Shown piece after piece: positions 12,961-25,600 of a DNA stretch of 64,000 bases. The stretch covers positions 354,020,001 through 354,084,000 of the forward strand of contig NW_027362762.1 in NCBI RefSeq assembly GCF_046119375.1, in the 5' to 3' direction. Made by a program: the position numbers and the translations under genes. Numbering within the stretch: the stretch's first letter is position 1; every line of letters begins with the position of its first letter. This DNA is from Phyllobates terribilis. Taxonomy: Eukaryota. Under the pieces are notes generated by a model. That model saw only the letters and a program-made list of their open reading frames with translations, was not told where the DNA came from and did no database searches.

Positions 12961-13379
12961 GGAACTCTCTCTGCACACATTTTCCCTACTTCTAAACTTC
13001 ACCAGATGAAGAGGAAAAGAGCAAAAAAAGTCTGTTTTGTGACCCCCCTCAATTTAGAAATGTCCCCCTTTTGGCCCACTTTTTTGATTTCTACGCAATA
13101 GTAAAATTCCTCTTTATGTACCCATGCAGTAGTAATGTCTATCTTTGTGCTCAAATACAACAGCAATGCTCCCTCCCAAGTGGATACATAAAGTAGTAAT
13201 CTGCACTATTTCTTCCCCCATAAAGTAATAGTGTCCACCTTTTATGCCTTCATACAGGTGGAACATCCCACATAGTGGCTCCATAAATGAATCATTAAAA
13301 ACGTATAAGCCAGGATTTGGAATATTATTAATGTTCCCTACTGTTGAGATATAGTATGGCCTAATCTGGCCACTATAAA

Positions 13380-13715
13380 GTAATATTATCCCCTAATTGG
13401 CCTCATACAATAATAATATCCCTCAATTGGTCCCCATACTGTAATAATGCACCCCATCCTTTTAAAAGATCCCCTGTCCTGACCCCTATCCTGTAATAAT
13501 GTCCTCCATTCTGTAGAAATGTCTCCCATGCTGGCCTGCATCTTTAATAATAACCCCCATCCTGTTCCTAATCCTTTAGTAATGTCCCAAATCTAGTCCC
13601 TCATCCTGTAATAATGGCCCCATGTTTGCACCCATCTTGTCATTAATGTTTCCATCCTGGCCTCCATCTTGTAATAAGGTCCCTCATGTGGCCCCTTTTT
13701 TTAATAATGTCACCG
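13380..13715. repeat. Degenerate ~20-25-bp minisatellite (CCCCATCCTGTAATAATG-like)
   Basis: Recurrent gtaataatg / cccccatcct motifs; probably internal to an old non-autonomous element. Confidence 0.6.
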
Positions 13716-15214
13716 GTCCTGACACTCTTCTTCAACACAGTTAAAAAAAAAAGAAAAAAAATATTCCTCTCACCCGTCCTGCTCCCACCACAGGCAGCGT
13801 TCACATCCTCCTCTATAGGTGGTGCAATGGGGCTGGGTGGCGCATGGCAGTTACAGGTACTCCAACATCAGCTTCCGGGCTCTGATAGGTCGGTGGCTGG
13901 TATAGTTATTGCGATGCAGGGAGCTGGTGACTTAATGTGTGGCATTACATTCCAACTGCATGTGTATCCAAGGATGTACATCAGGCTTAAAAGTGTGCTG
14001 GGCTCCCTTCCTGCATTGACCTGGTTGCCATTGGACCCTCTGCAACCTTAGACATTATGCCTCTGGTCCTGTGAATTTTTTTACTCAACTCTATGTATCT
14101 CCTTTTTTATATAATTTCCTACTACTAGGCAAATAAGAAAAAAAATATTAAAATCCCAGCAAACCTTTAACCGCTCTCGACTGCCCACTTTAGATAAATG
14201 TTAGTGCTCGCCGATGTTTTTCTACGGTTGGCGGTCTTGCAGTGCTCAAGACACCTAGGGTCCTGCAAGCACTGCGATTGTGGTGTAGAGCAATAGCTCT
14301 GATATGGGACATCATTGGGACCTGATTCGATCAGATCCCGATGATGTTAACCTTTTGCTATCTCCTAGATGCTGTGGCATTTATAAGATAGTGAGAGGGA
14401 GAGTACACCATCTATAACCTCTCCGGGGCCCCTGTGATGTGATCACAGGGAATGCGAGAGTTGACAAAGCATTTGAAGGTCACATGTTGACCTCCGGGTC
14501 TGCCAGGTATGGTTGCCTGTTAGACTCAGTCTGCAGCTGAGTCTACCAAGCGATCGGCCAGTAAAACTGACAGTTCTCATGCATTGCAGTACATGTGTAT
14601 TGCAATACATGAGACCAGTAATCAGATATATAATAGTTGAAGTCCCATACAGTGACTAAGTAAAAAGATAAAAAATTTAAAAATGTTTTTAAAATTATTT
14701 AAAAAAAAACATTTTAAATAAAAGAAAAAAAAAGAAAACATATTAGACCAATAAATATTTGGTATCGCTGCATCTGGAACGGCCTGACCTATGAAACTTT
14801 CACATCAAATAACCCTTTCAATGAACACCTTAAAAAAAGTGGCAAAAATGGTGATTCGTCATCATACTGTTGGAAAAAAGTGAAATAAAACATGATAAAC
14901 AACAAATGTAAATAAAAATGGTACAGCTGAAAATAACATCTTTCTCGCAAAAAACAAGCCACTATTCAGCTCCATCAGCGGAAAAATAAAAAAGCTCTCA
15001 GAATAAATCGATGCAAAAACAATTATTTTTTCTAAAAATTAGCTTATGTTGTGTAAAAGCAGGAAAACATAAAGAAAATGCAATTTTTTTTTTGTATAAA
15101 AAGCGTTTTTTAGTGTGAGGACAAAAAATGTGGTATCCAACTCCAAGTAAAAACATGTGTTTAATTAGTCCATGTTAAAATTACATCCATGAGAAAAGGG
15201 AATGGGGGGTAGAT

Positions 15215-15900
15215 GAACAGTGCTACGCGTTTTGAACGATCTAGCGTTCTTTGTCTAGGCGTGTCCACAGACATCATCACATGAAAGAAATCAGCATGGA
15301 TTCCGGAACAGTGTGTATCCTGAGTGCTCTCAAGAATTACAGACCTGGGAAATAATTAGTTCACATTATTAAAGTATGAACCGACATCGCTGCCAGAAGA
15401 AAAATCAAACACGATTATGCAGTGGCCCATAGACAATAAGTGCAAAATACAATAAAATTAAAAAAATATATACAATTGACAAATTAAAATAGGAATGAGT
15501 ATAAAAAGCATCCAAAAAACCCATCTAAGGAGAAACATAGAGACAAGACAAGAAATGTATATCTCTCTGGCTTATTTAGTTGTGAAACATTACCTCTCTG
15601 CACAAGTTTAGACCCTGTGGAACACATGAGCCCAAATTGTAAATCCAGAACGCTTCTCTGGTGTGAGGTCATCTCATATGATCACCACCCCTATTAGATT
15701 TAATAATTATTTCTATACCTATGACATGTAAAGATGAAATCTGTCTATTGTGTTGAGAAATCAAATGTTTGGATGGCTGAGATGAATTGCGATTGGCAGT
15801 ATTAGTAGATAGTATATCATTAATATGTTTAGATATACGGATTTTTAATCTGCGTGAAGTGCATCCAACATACATTTTCGGCACAATGAGCAATTAATAA
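15215..15900 (-). mobile_element. Penelope-like element 3' fragment (GIY-YIG endonuclease plus 3' region)
   Basis: ORF 15669-15893 contains YVGCTSRRLKIRISKHI (GIY-YIG core) and RGGD. A decayed hammerhead-like motif lies downstream. Confidence 0.8.
15223..15261 (-). ncRNA. Decayed minimal hammerhead ribozyme motif
   Basis: Minus strand reads CCTAGACAAA-GAACG-ctagat-CGTTC-AAAA-CGCG-TA. It differs from CCTGACGAA-stem II-GAAA-CGCG-TA by one insertion and two CG>CA changes. Confidence 0.55.
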
Positions 15901-16216
15901 TATAAACCACATTTTGTGTATTACAATTCATGTAGTTCTTGATGTTAGTGTGTGACAGCAGCCAAACATAAAAACCCAATATAAATCTGATATTGCTTTA
16001 ATCTTTCCGACCCGAAGAATAAAGTCGTCTAATCATGTATACCATGCTAGAGATGGCATAAAAAAATTAAATAAAACCAATTCTTCACCTGCTGTTTATT
16101 TGTTCATTCTACCTCCCAAAGAGCTCAGTAAGGCTCGGCTCACATTTATCCTGTGCTCTATGCTGAGCTCTTACACCGGGGTTTCCGTGTAAATCTCTGA
16201 AATATACGTAATTAAG

Positions 16217-18175
16217 ATAGTTACATAGTTACATAGGTTATAAGGCCGAAAAAAGACAAGCGTCGATCCAGTTCAGCCTATTTCTTGTGCACTGCATCTA
16301 TTCCGCAGCGTTGATCCAGGGGAAGGCAACAAAAAACCATGCGGTATAGGCCAATTTACATCATTGAGGAAAAATTCACTTCCCGACGCCAATCTGGCAG
16401 TCAGATTAAATCCCTGGATTAATTAACTAAGCATAAGATGTAATTTTATTGTTGTCAAGAAAGGCGTCCAGGCCTCTCTTGAACTCTTTAAGTGAGTTGG
16501 ACATCACCACTTCCTCTCCCAGAGAGTTCCAGAGTCTCACGGCTCTGACCGTAAAGAATCCCCTTCTATGCTGGTGCAGGAACCTCCTTTCCTCCAGACG
16601 CATAGTGTGCCCCCTCATCTTTGTCACCATCCTTGGTATAAACAGGTCATGGGAGAGATCTCTGTACTGCCCCCTGATGTATTTATACATGTTTATGAGG
16701 TCTCCCCTAAGCCTTCTCTTTTCCAACGTAAATAGGCCTAATTTTGACAACCTCTCTGGGTATTCTAGTCCCTCCATTCCCTTTATTACCTTAGTCACCC
16801 TCCTTTGTACCCTCTCTAGCTCCAATATGTCTTTCCTGAGCACCGGAGCCCAGAACTGTGCACAATATTCTAAGTGCGGCCTTACCAGCGCTTTATACAG
16901 AGGAAGAACAATGTTCTCATCATATGCCCCTATTCCTTTTCTGATGCATGCCATGACTCTATTTGCCTTCGCAGCTGCGGCCTGATACTGGGCACTCCAA
17001 TTTAATTTGCTATTAACCAAGACGCCGAGGTCCTTCTCCATGTCAGATTTCCCCAACGGTTTCCCACTTAATATGTATGGGTGACTGCTGTTTTTCTTTC
17101 CCATGTACATGACCTTACATTTATCGGCATTGAACCCCATTTGCCATTTTTTGGCCCAACTCCCCAATTTATCTAAATCCTCCTGTAGCTGTGCCCTATC
17201 CTCATCTGTATTAACTACTTTACAAAGTTTAGTATCATCTGCAAATATTGCTATTTTACTATGCAACCCTTCCACTAGATCATTAATAAATATATTAAAT
17301 AATATAGGGCCCAAGACAAACCCTTGAGACACCCCGCTAGTAACCCTGACACACCCTGAGCTTACTCCATTGATAACCACCCTCTGCTTTCTATCACTCA
17401 GCCAGCTATTTACCCACTTGCACACATTATCCCCCAGACCAAGCATTCTCATTTTATATACCAACCTTTTGTGTGGCACGGTATCAAATGCTTTGGATAA
17501 GTCAAGGTATACAACATCCACTGACACTCCCCGGTCCAGCTGTGAGCTCACCTCCTCGTAGAAGGCGATCAGGTTTGTTTGGCAGGAGCAATCCCTCATG
17601 AATCCATGTTGATATGGAGTTAGACAGTTATTATCATTAAGATAGTCTACAATAGCATCTCTAAGAAATCCTTCAAACAATTTACCCACAACAGACGTTA
17701 AGCTGACTGGTCTATAGTTCCCAGGGTCACTTTTAGACCCCTTTTTGAATATTGGTACCACATTTGCTTGGCGCCAGTCTAGTGGGACAGTCCCTGTCCA
17801 TAAAGAGTGCTTGAATATAAGATACAGCGGCCTGTCTATCACATTACTTAATTCTTTTAGTACCCGGGGGTGTATGTCATCTGGGCCTGGTGACTTGTCT
17901 ATTTTGATATTATTTAGGCGTTTCTGAACTTCCTCCTGGGTTAGGTGGGTGATATTTAGCGGAGGGTTTACTTTATCACTCTGCATTTCCTCCGATAAAT
18001 TGTTTTCATTTGTGAAAACAGTGGAGAAGAAGCTATTGAGTAGGTTTGCTTTACCCTCATCGCCCTGTATGATTTTACCCAGGTTATTTTTCAATGGGCC
18101 AACTCCATCAGTTTTAATCCTTTTACTGTTTATATAGTTAAAGAACAGTTTGGGATTCGTTTTACTTTCCTTGGA
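16217..18175 (-). mobile_element. CR1-clade LINE, 5'-truncated
   Basis: RT ORF plus 3' terminal 8-bp repeats (TATGTAAC-type; ATAGTTAC x2-3 on the plus strand at ~16217-16240). No TSD is visible. Confidence 0.92.
16427..18094 (-). CDS. CR1 ORF2 reverse transcriptase portion (555 aa open)
   Basis: KSPGPDDIHPRVLKEL, NYRPVSLTS, QHGF, YLDLSKAFDTVPH, GVSQGFVLGP, FADDTKL, RPHLEYC and LEKRRLRGDL are typical of CR1 ORF2. Confidence 0.95.
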   Translation of the reverse strand: MKNNLGKIIQGDEGKANLLNSFFSTVFTNENNLSEEMQSDKVNPPLNITHLTQEEVQKRLNNIKIDKSPGPDDIHPRVLKELSNVIDRPLYLIFKHSLWTGTVPLDWRQANVVPIFKKGSKSDPGNYRPVSLTSVVGKLFEGFLRDAIVDYLNDNNCLTPYQHGFMRDCSCQTNLIAFYEEVSSQLDRGVSVDVVYLDLSKAFDTVPHKRLVYKMRMLGLGDNVCKWVNSWLSDRKQRVVINGVSSGCVRVTSGVSQGFVLGPILFNIFINDLVEGLHSKIAIFADDTKLCKVVNTDEDRAQLQEDLDKLGSWAKKWQMGFNADKCKVMYMGKKNSSHPYILSGKPLGKSDMEKDLGVLVNSKLNWSAQYQAAAAKANRVMACIRKGIGAYDENIVLPLYKALVRPHLEYCAQFWAPVLRKDILELERVQRRVTKVIKGMEGLEYPERLSKLGLFTLEKRRLRGDLINMYKYIRGQYRDLSHDLFIPRMVTKMRGHTMRLEERRFLHQHRRGFFTVRAVRLWNSLGEEVVMSNSLKEFKRGLDAFLDNNKITSYA

Positions 18176-18459
18176 ATCGCCGGCGGTAAATTCCCTATAA
18201 TGAGGCAGATGGAGGCACTGTGAACGCCTTCTGGCCTATGATCCGGCGGTGTCTGTCTTTTTAGGAGTGCACAAAAGCGCGGTCCACCATGGTTTTGTGC
18301 ACTTCTGGAGGCCAGATGGAGTGCTGAGTAACTCTGCTGCCTATTTATAGTGAAAGGATCCCTCAATGGTTTCATCTGAATCACGTCATTTGGAGATTTA
18401 TATGGAAACCCTGATATAATTGCTCAGTGTAGTGCACAGGATAAATATGATACAAAATA

Positions 18460-19418
18460 TTATGTAAAATGTTCCCAACAAAAGGTTCAACTCAATCCAC
18501 AAAATCCCCACTCAGGTCCATCATCTGTTAATGGAAATATAGGGAGCTTACATGTTCCTAGTAGCACAAAGGCTCTGAAAAAGCACTATGGCTACTCACT
18601 CCCAAAAAGAAATCCAACTAATTCTGTGATCCAAAATCTAAATGCCCCTTCCCTTCTGAGCCCCAGTGTGCCTAAACCACATTCAGCATCCCCATGTTTG
18701 GCATAATGAGAGACTGCCTAATTTCCAAGTGCATGTCTCCAGCAGCACGAGCTGAGTAAAATGTATGGGCCCTACAATCTACTGGGCACTACAATAGAAG
18801 ATTTGCAATTTTCACTCAGCAACATCCACTGCTGCTTTTTTTCTGGAAAACACCTATAGAGTCAAAATCATCACTACACCTGTAGATAAATTTCCATAGG
18901 GGTGTAATTTCCAAAATGGTGTCACTTGAGTAAGGGTTTTGCTCTTCTGGCACTTAGGGGCACTGTATATGGAGTCCGCAAACAATTCTACAATAATTTG
19001 TTCACCAAGAGTCAAATAGCCATCTGTCGCTTCTGAGTCCTGTCATATGGCTAAGCAGTACTGGACATACACATATGTGGTATTTCCACGTTCAGCAGAA
19101 ATTGCTTTGCATTGTGCCTCAACAGTAGTTTTTGCCCACTTATGGGATATCGACGCACTCAAGAAAAATTGCATAATTATACTCTTTGTTTTCTCCTATT
19201 ACCCTTCTGAAATCTACAAACTTGGGGTCAAAGCAACATTTTAGTGGAAAAATAGGCAATATTTTGTTTACTCAGCTCAATGTTATACAAGTGTGTGAAT
19301 CGCCTGAGGGTTAAAAATACTCACTACTCCGCTAGACAAATTGTTTGAGAGGTGTAATATACAAAATGGGGTCACTTGTGGGGGTTTCTGCTGATTTGGC
19401 ATGTTAGGAGCTCGTCAA
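18460..19418. mobile_element. Old non-autonomous DNA-transposon internal sequence hosting the 8.2-kb hAT; continues at 27653 to ~27860 (family unassigned)
   Basis: 19110-19300 is homologous to 27700-27800 and to the reverse complement of 44680-44850 (CCCTTCTGAG...CTCAACAG...GACGCACTCAAGA motifs). Confidence 0.5.
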
Positions 19419-19629
19419 TAGTGTTGAGCGATACCTTCCGATATCAGGAAATATCGTATCGGATTGGATCGGGCCGATACCCAAAAAGTATCGGATATCG
19501 CCGATTCCGATACCGGAAACCAATGCAAGTCAATGGGACACAAATATCGGAATGAAAATAAACCCTTTCTTTCCTTGTAGGTTAATTCTACATGAAGTAA
19601 AACAACTAAGAATAATGTAGAATGACATG

Positions 19630-20395
19630 AAAAGCCGGCAATTCATCAGCGGCATACACCGGTACCCGACAATTTACAACAGAAAGAATAGAGCTTCACA
19701 CATAGATTAGATAGATAGAAACATGTCAGTCACATATATATGAAGTACAGTGACAGTGTTGCTTACTGTACTTGTCATTTAGTGTAAAGGATTTATTAAA
19801 AAAAATATTAGTGTTTTCGTGCACCGTCTCTTTAAAAAAGCCGGCCGGCAATTCAGCAGCGGTACCCGACAATTTATAACAGACAGAATAGAGCTTCACA
19901 CATAGATTAGATAGATAGAAACATGTCAGTCACATATATATGAAGTACAGTGACAGTGTTGCTTACTGTACTTGTCATTTAGTGTAAAGGATTTATTAAA
20001 AAATATATTAGTGTTTTCGTGCACCGTCTCTTTAAAAAAGCCGGCCGGCAATTCAGCAGCGGTACCCGACAATTTATAACAGAAAGAATAGAGCTTCACA
20101 CATAGATTAGATAGATAGAAACATGTCAGTCACATATATATGAAGTACAGTGACAGTGTTGCTTACTGTACTTGTCATTTAGTGTAAAGGATTTATTTAA
20201 AAAAATAATAGTGTTTTCATGCACCGTCTCTTTAAGAAAGCCGGCCGGCAATTCAGCATCTGTACCCGACAATTTAGAATAGAAAGAATAGAGAATCACA
20301 CATAGATTAGATAGATAGAAACATGTCAGTCACATATATATGAAGTACAGTGACAGTGTTGATTACTGTACTTGTCATTTAGTGTTAAAATAAAG
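19630..20395. repeat. 200-bp tandem repeat, ~4 copies
   Basis: GAGCTTCACA (GAGAATCACA in the last copy) occurs at 19691, 19891, 20091 and 20291. Confidence 0.95.
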
Positions 20396-20924
20396 GATTT
20401 ATTTAAAAAAAAATTGGCGTGGGGTTCCCCTTAATTTTAGGCTCTAGCGGAGGTTAAGCAGACAGCTGGGGCAAATGTTTGAAGCCTGGGAAGGGGGTAA
20501 TACCCACGGAGCTTCCCAGGCTACTAATATCAGCCCCCAGCTGAATACCTAGCCTTTACTAGCTATTAAAATGGGGGAACCCCCCAAAAAAATAACGTGG
20601 GGTCCCCCCTAATTTAATAGCTAGCACAGGCTAGGCAGACAGCTGGGGGCTGATATTAATAGCCCAGGAAGGGTGACATGAATATTGGCCCCCTCCCAGG
20701 CTAGAAACACCAGCCGTCAGCCGCCCCAGAAATGGCGCATCCATAGGATGCGCCAATTCTGGCACTTAGCCTCGCTCTTCCACGCTGCCCTGGTGCGGTG
20801 GCAGGGGGTAATAGGGTTGGGGTTGATGTCAGCTTATAATGCCAGCTGACATCAAGCCCAGGTTAGTAATGGAGAGGCGTCTATAAGACATCCCCATTAC
20901 TAACCCCATAGTCAAAGTTAAAAG

Positions 20925-21700
20925 AAAACACAAACACCCAGAGTAAAGTCCTTTAATTGAAATAAAGACACAATTTTTTATTGTTCTAAATTAAACCATA
21001 CTTACCATCACGCCCATTCCAGCTGAAGCCAACGATCTCCTGCAATAAAAGAAAAATAATAAAGCAACCTCATCCTTACCTTTCCATGGTTCCCAGGACA
21101 GCTTCAGCTCTGCTACATCGAGATGACAGGCTGGACCACAGCAGAAAGCTGCCATCCAGCCTGTCATCCCGCAGACACTGAGAAGCGCAGGCATGCTTGC
21201 GCTCCTCAGTGTCTCTCTGTGACGTCATCCAGATGAGCCGAGTTCATGTCCAATGAACTCAGCTCACCTCATGCACGTCACAGACAGCGTGGGAAAATTC
21301 TCACGCTGAAGTGCTGAGTGCAGGAGAATTTTCCCACGCTGTCAGTGACGTACATGAGGTGAGCTGAGTTCATTGGACATGACCTCGGCTCATCTGGATG
21401 CCGTCACAGCCAGACACTGAGGAGTGGAAGTATGCCTGCGCTTCTCAGTGTCTGCGGGATGACAGGATGGATGGCAGCGTTCTGCTGCGGTCCAGCCTGT
21501 CATCTCGATGTAGCAGAGCTGATGTGTCGTGGGAGCCATGGAAAGGTAAGGATGATGTTGCTTTATTATTTTACTTTTATTGCAGGAGATCGTTGGCTTC
21601 AGCTGGAAAGGGCGTGGTGGTAAGTATGGTTTAATTTAGAACAATAAAGAATTGTGTGTTTATTTCAATTAAAGGACTTTTTTCTGGGTGTTGTGTTTTT
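20925..21700. repeat. Foldback with ~380-bp arms and a 21-nt loop (21303-21323)
   Basis: For example CCATACTTACCATCACGCCC (~20997) versus GGGCGTGGTGGTAAGTATGG (~21610). The centre reads GTGGGAAAATTCTC / GAGAATTTTCCCAC. Confidence 0.9.
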
Positions 21701-22029
21701 TTAAATACTTTACTAGAAATTCATGGTGGTCATGTCTAATATTGGCGTGACCCCATGAATTTTGGGCTTAGGGCCAGCTGATAATGCCAAGCTGGCCTTA
21801 ACCCCTTTATTACCCAGTGAGCCAACGCACCAGGGCCCTGGATGAGTTGGGTACAGCGCCAGAAGATGGCGCTTCTATGAACGCGCCATTTTCTGGGGCG
21901 GCTGCGGACTGCAATTTGCAGCGGGGGGGGCAGAAAGCTTGGGTCTCCCTGCGCTGCAGATTCCAGCCCCCAGCTGCCTAGTTGTATCTGGCTGGGCACA
22001 AAAATAGGGCGAAGCCCCACGCATTTTTT

Positions 22030-22680
22030 TTTTTAATTATTTCATGAAATTCATGGAATAATTAAGAAAAAAAGGGCTTCCCTATATTGTTGTGTCCAAC
22101 CAGGTACAAATAGGCAGCTGGTGGTTGGGGGCAGCCCATTCCTGCCTGCTGTACCTGGCTGGACACAAATATAGTGCGAAGCCCCACGTCAATTTTTTTT
22201 AAATTATTTCATGAAATAATTTTTTTAAAAATTGCTTCCCTATATTGTGGTGTCTGGCCAGGTACAAATAGGCAGCTGGTGGTTGGGGGCAGCCTGTTCC
22301 TGCCTGCTGTACCTGGCTGGACACAAATATAGGGCGAAGCCCCACGTCAATTTTTTTTTAATTATTTCATGAAATAATTTTTTTAAAAAAGGGCTTCCCT
22401 ATATTGTTGTGTCCGGCCAGGTACAAATAGGCAGCTGGTGGTTGGGGGCAGCCTGTTCCTGCCTGCTGTACCTGGCTGGACACAAATATAGGGCGAAGCC
22501 CCACGTCAATTTTTTTTTAATTATTTCATGAAATAATTTTTTTAAAAAAGGGCTTCCCTATATTGTTGTGTCCGGCCAGGTACAAATAGGCAGCTGGTGG
22601 TTGGGGGCAGCCTGTTCCTGCCTGCTGTACCTGGCTGGACACAAATATAGGGCGAAGCCCCACGTCAATTTTTTTTTAAA
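22030..22680. repeat. ~159-bp tandem repeat, 4 copies
   Basis: GCTTCCCTATATTG occurs at 22076, 22234, 22393 and 22552. Confidence 0.93.
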
Positions 22681-25600
22681 TAAATCCTTTATTTTAACAC
22701 TAAATGACATTTGAGGAGTTAATAAAGATGCAGTCCCTAAATTATTATTTATTTTTTAATTAATTTTTCCCAAAACTTTTGACGTGGGCTTCGCCATATT
22801 TTTGTATGCCAGCCAGGTACAGCATCCAGCTTCTATGAACGCGCCATTTTCCGGGGTGGCTGCGGACTGCAATTTTCAGCAGGGGGGGGGGGGGGGGAAG
22901 CTTGGGCCTCCCTGCGCTGCAGATTCCATCCCCCAGCTGCCTAGTTGTACCTGGCTGGACACAAAAATAGGGAGAAGCTTCACGTATTTTTTTTTTTAAT
23001 TATTTCATGAAATTCATGAAATAATTAAGAAAAAAAGGGCTTCCCTATATTGTTGTGTCCAACCAGGTACAAATAGGCAGCTGGTGGTTGGGGGCAGCCC
23101 GTTCCTGCCTGCTGTACCTGGCTGGACACAAATATAGTGCGAAGCCCCACGTCAATTTTTTTTAAATCATTTCAGGAAATTCATGAAATAATTAAAAAAA
23201 ATTGACGTGGGGCTTCGCCCTATATTTGTGTCCAGTCAGGTACAGCAGGCAGGAACGGGCTGCCCCCAACCACCAGCTGCCTATTTGTACCTAGCCGGAC
23301 ACAACAATATAGGGAAGCCCTTTTTTTCTTAATTATTCCATGAATTTCATGAATTAAAAAAAAAAAAACGTGGAGCTTCGCCCTATTTTTGTGTCCAGCC
23401 AGGTACAACTAGGCAGCTGGGGGCTGGAATCTGCAGCGCAGGGAGGCCCAAGCTTTCTGGGCCCCACCCGCTGCAAATTGCAGTCCGCAGCCGCCCCGGA
23501 AAATGGCGCGTTCATAGAAGCGCCATCTTCTGGCGCTGTACCCAACTCATCCAGGGCCCTGGTGCGGTGGCTCACTGGGTAATAAAGGGGTTAAGGCCAG
23601 CTTGGCATTATCAGCTGGCCCTAAGCCCGAAATTCATGGGGTCACGCCAATATTAGACATGACCACCATGAATTTCTAGTAAAGTATTTAAAAAAAACAC
23701 AAACACCCAGAAAAAAGTCCTTTAATTGAAATAAACACACAATTCTTTATTGTTCTAAATTAAACCATACTTACCATCACGCCCATTCCAGCTGAAGCCA
23801 ACGATCTCCTGCAATAAAAGAAAAATAATAAAGCAACCTCATCCTTACCTTTCCATGGCTCCCACGACGGCTCCAGCTCTGCTACATCGAGATGACAGGC
23901 TGGACCGCAGCAGAACGCTGCCATCCAGCCTGTCATCCCGCAGACACTGAGAAGCGCAGGCATACTTCCACTCCTCAGTGTCTGGCTGTGACGGCATCCA
24001 GATGAGCCGACAATGAACTCGGCTCACCTCATGTACGTCACTGACAGCGTGGGAGAATTCTCCTGCACTCAGCGCTTCAGCGTGAGAATTTTCCCACGCT
24101 GTCAGTGACGTGCATGAGGTGAGGTCATGTCCAATGAACTCGGCGCACCTCATGCACGTCACTGACAGCGTGGGAGAATTCTCACGCTGAAGCGCTGAGT
24201 GCAGGAGAATTTTCCCACGCTGTCAGTGACGTGCATGAGGTGAGCTGAGTTCATTGGACATGACCTCGGCTCATCTGGATGCCGTCACAGCGAGACACTG
24301 AGGAGCGCAAGCATGCCTGCGCTTCTCAGTGTCTGCGGGATGACAGGCTGGATGGCAGCCTTCTGCTGCGGTCCAACCTGTCATCTCGATGTAGCAGAGC
24401 TGAAGCTGTCCTGGGAACCATGGAAAGGTAAGGATGAGGTTGCTTTATTATTTTACTTTTATTGCAGGAGATCGTTGGCTTAAGCTGGAATGGGCGTGAC
24501 TGTAAGTATGGTTTAATTTAGAACAATAAAAAATTGTGTCTTTATTTCAATTAAAGGACTTTATTCTGGGTGTTTGTGTTTTTTTTAAATACTTTACTAG
24601 AAATTCATGGTGGTCATGTCTAATATTGGCGTGACCCCATGAATTTCGGGCTTAGGGCCAGCTGATAATGCCAAGCTGGCCTTAACCCCTTTATTACCCA
24701 GTGAGCCACCGCACCAGGGCCCTGGATGAGTTGGGTACAGCGCCAGAAGATGGCGCTTCTATGAACGCGCCATTTTCCGGGGCGGCTGCGGACTGCAATT
24801 TGCACCGGGTGGGGCCCAGAAAGCTTGGGCCTCCCTGCGCTGCGGATTCCAGCCCCCAGCTGCCTTGTTGTACCTGGCTGGACACAAAAATAGGGCGAAG
24901 CCCCACGTATTTTTTTTTTTAATTATTTCATGAAATTCATGGAATAATTAAGAAAAAAAGGGCTTCCCTATATTGTTGTGTCTGGCTAGGTACAAATAGG
25001 CAGCTGGTGGTTGGGGGCAGCCCGTTTCTGCCTGCTGTACCTGACTGGACACAAATATAGGGCGAAGCCCCACATAATTTTTTTTTAAATTATTTCATGA
25101 ATTTCCTGAAATAATTAAAAAAAAATTGACGTGGGGCTTTGCACTATATTTGGGTCCAGCCAGGTACAGCAGGCAGGAACGGGCTGCCCCCAACCACCAG
25201 CTGCCTATTTGTACCTGGTTGGACACAACAATATAGGGAAGCCCTTTTTTTCTTAATTATTCCATGAATTTCATGAAATAATTAAAAAAAAAAAAACGTG
25301 GAGCTTCTCCCTATTTTTGTGTGCAGCCAGGTACAACTAGGCAGCTGGGGGATGGAATCTGCAGCGCAGGGAGGCCCAAGCTTTCTGCCCCCCCCCCGCT
25401 GAAAATTGCAGTCCGCAGCCGCCCCGGAAAATGGCGCGTTCATAGAAGCTGGATGCTGTACCTGGCTGGCATACAAAAATATGGCGAAGCCCACGTCAAA
25501 AGTTTTGGGAAAAATTAATTAAAAAATAAATAATAATTTAGGGACTGCATCTTTATTAACTCCTCAAATGTCATTTAGTGTTAAAATAAAGGATTTATTT
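22678..25600. repeat. ~2.9-kb imperfect palindrome (arms ~1.44 kb, 24-nt loop at 24122-24145)
   Basis: AAATAAATCC (22678) pairs with GGATTTATTT (25591-25600). Successive blocks (22790-22980/25290-25490, 23340-23640/24640-24940, 23760-24120/24146-24540) are reverse complements. Confidence 0.92.

Larger units (their letters stand above)
16131..18450. mobile_element. MITE with ~60-bp imperfect TIRs, split by the CR1 insertion
   Basis: 16140-16200 (CACATTTATCCTGTGCTCTATGCTGAG...GGGTTTCCGTGTAAATCTC) matches the reverse complement of ~18390-18450. Confidence 0.7.

Noticed and set aside
20991-24922. Recurrent near-identical 60-105-aa ORFs (MPALLSVCG..., MGLRPIF...)
   Set aside because: They are explained by the duplicated and inverted modules; there are no domain motifs or other evidence of coding.
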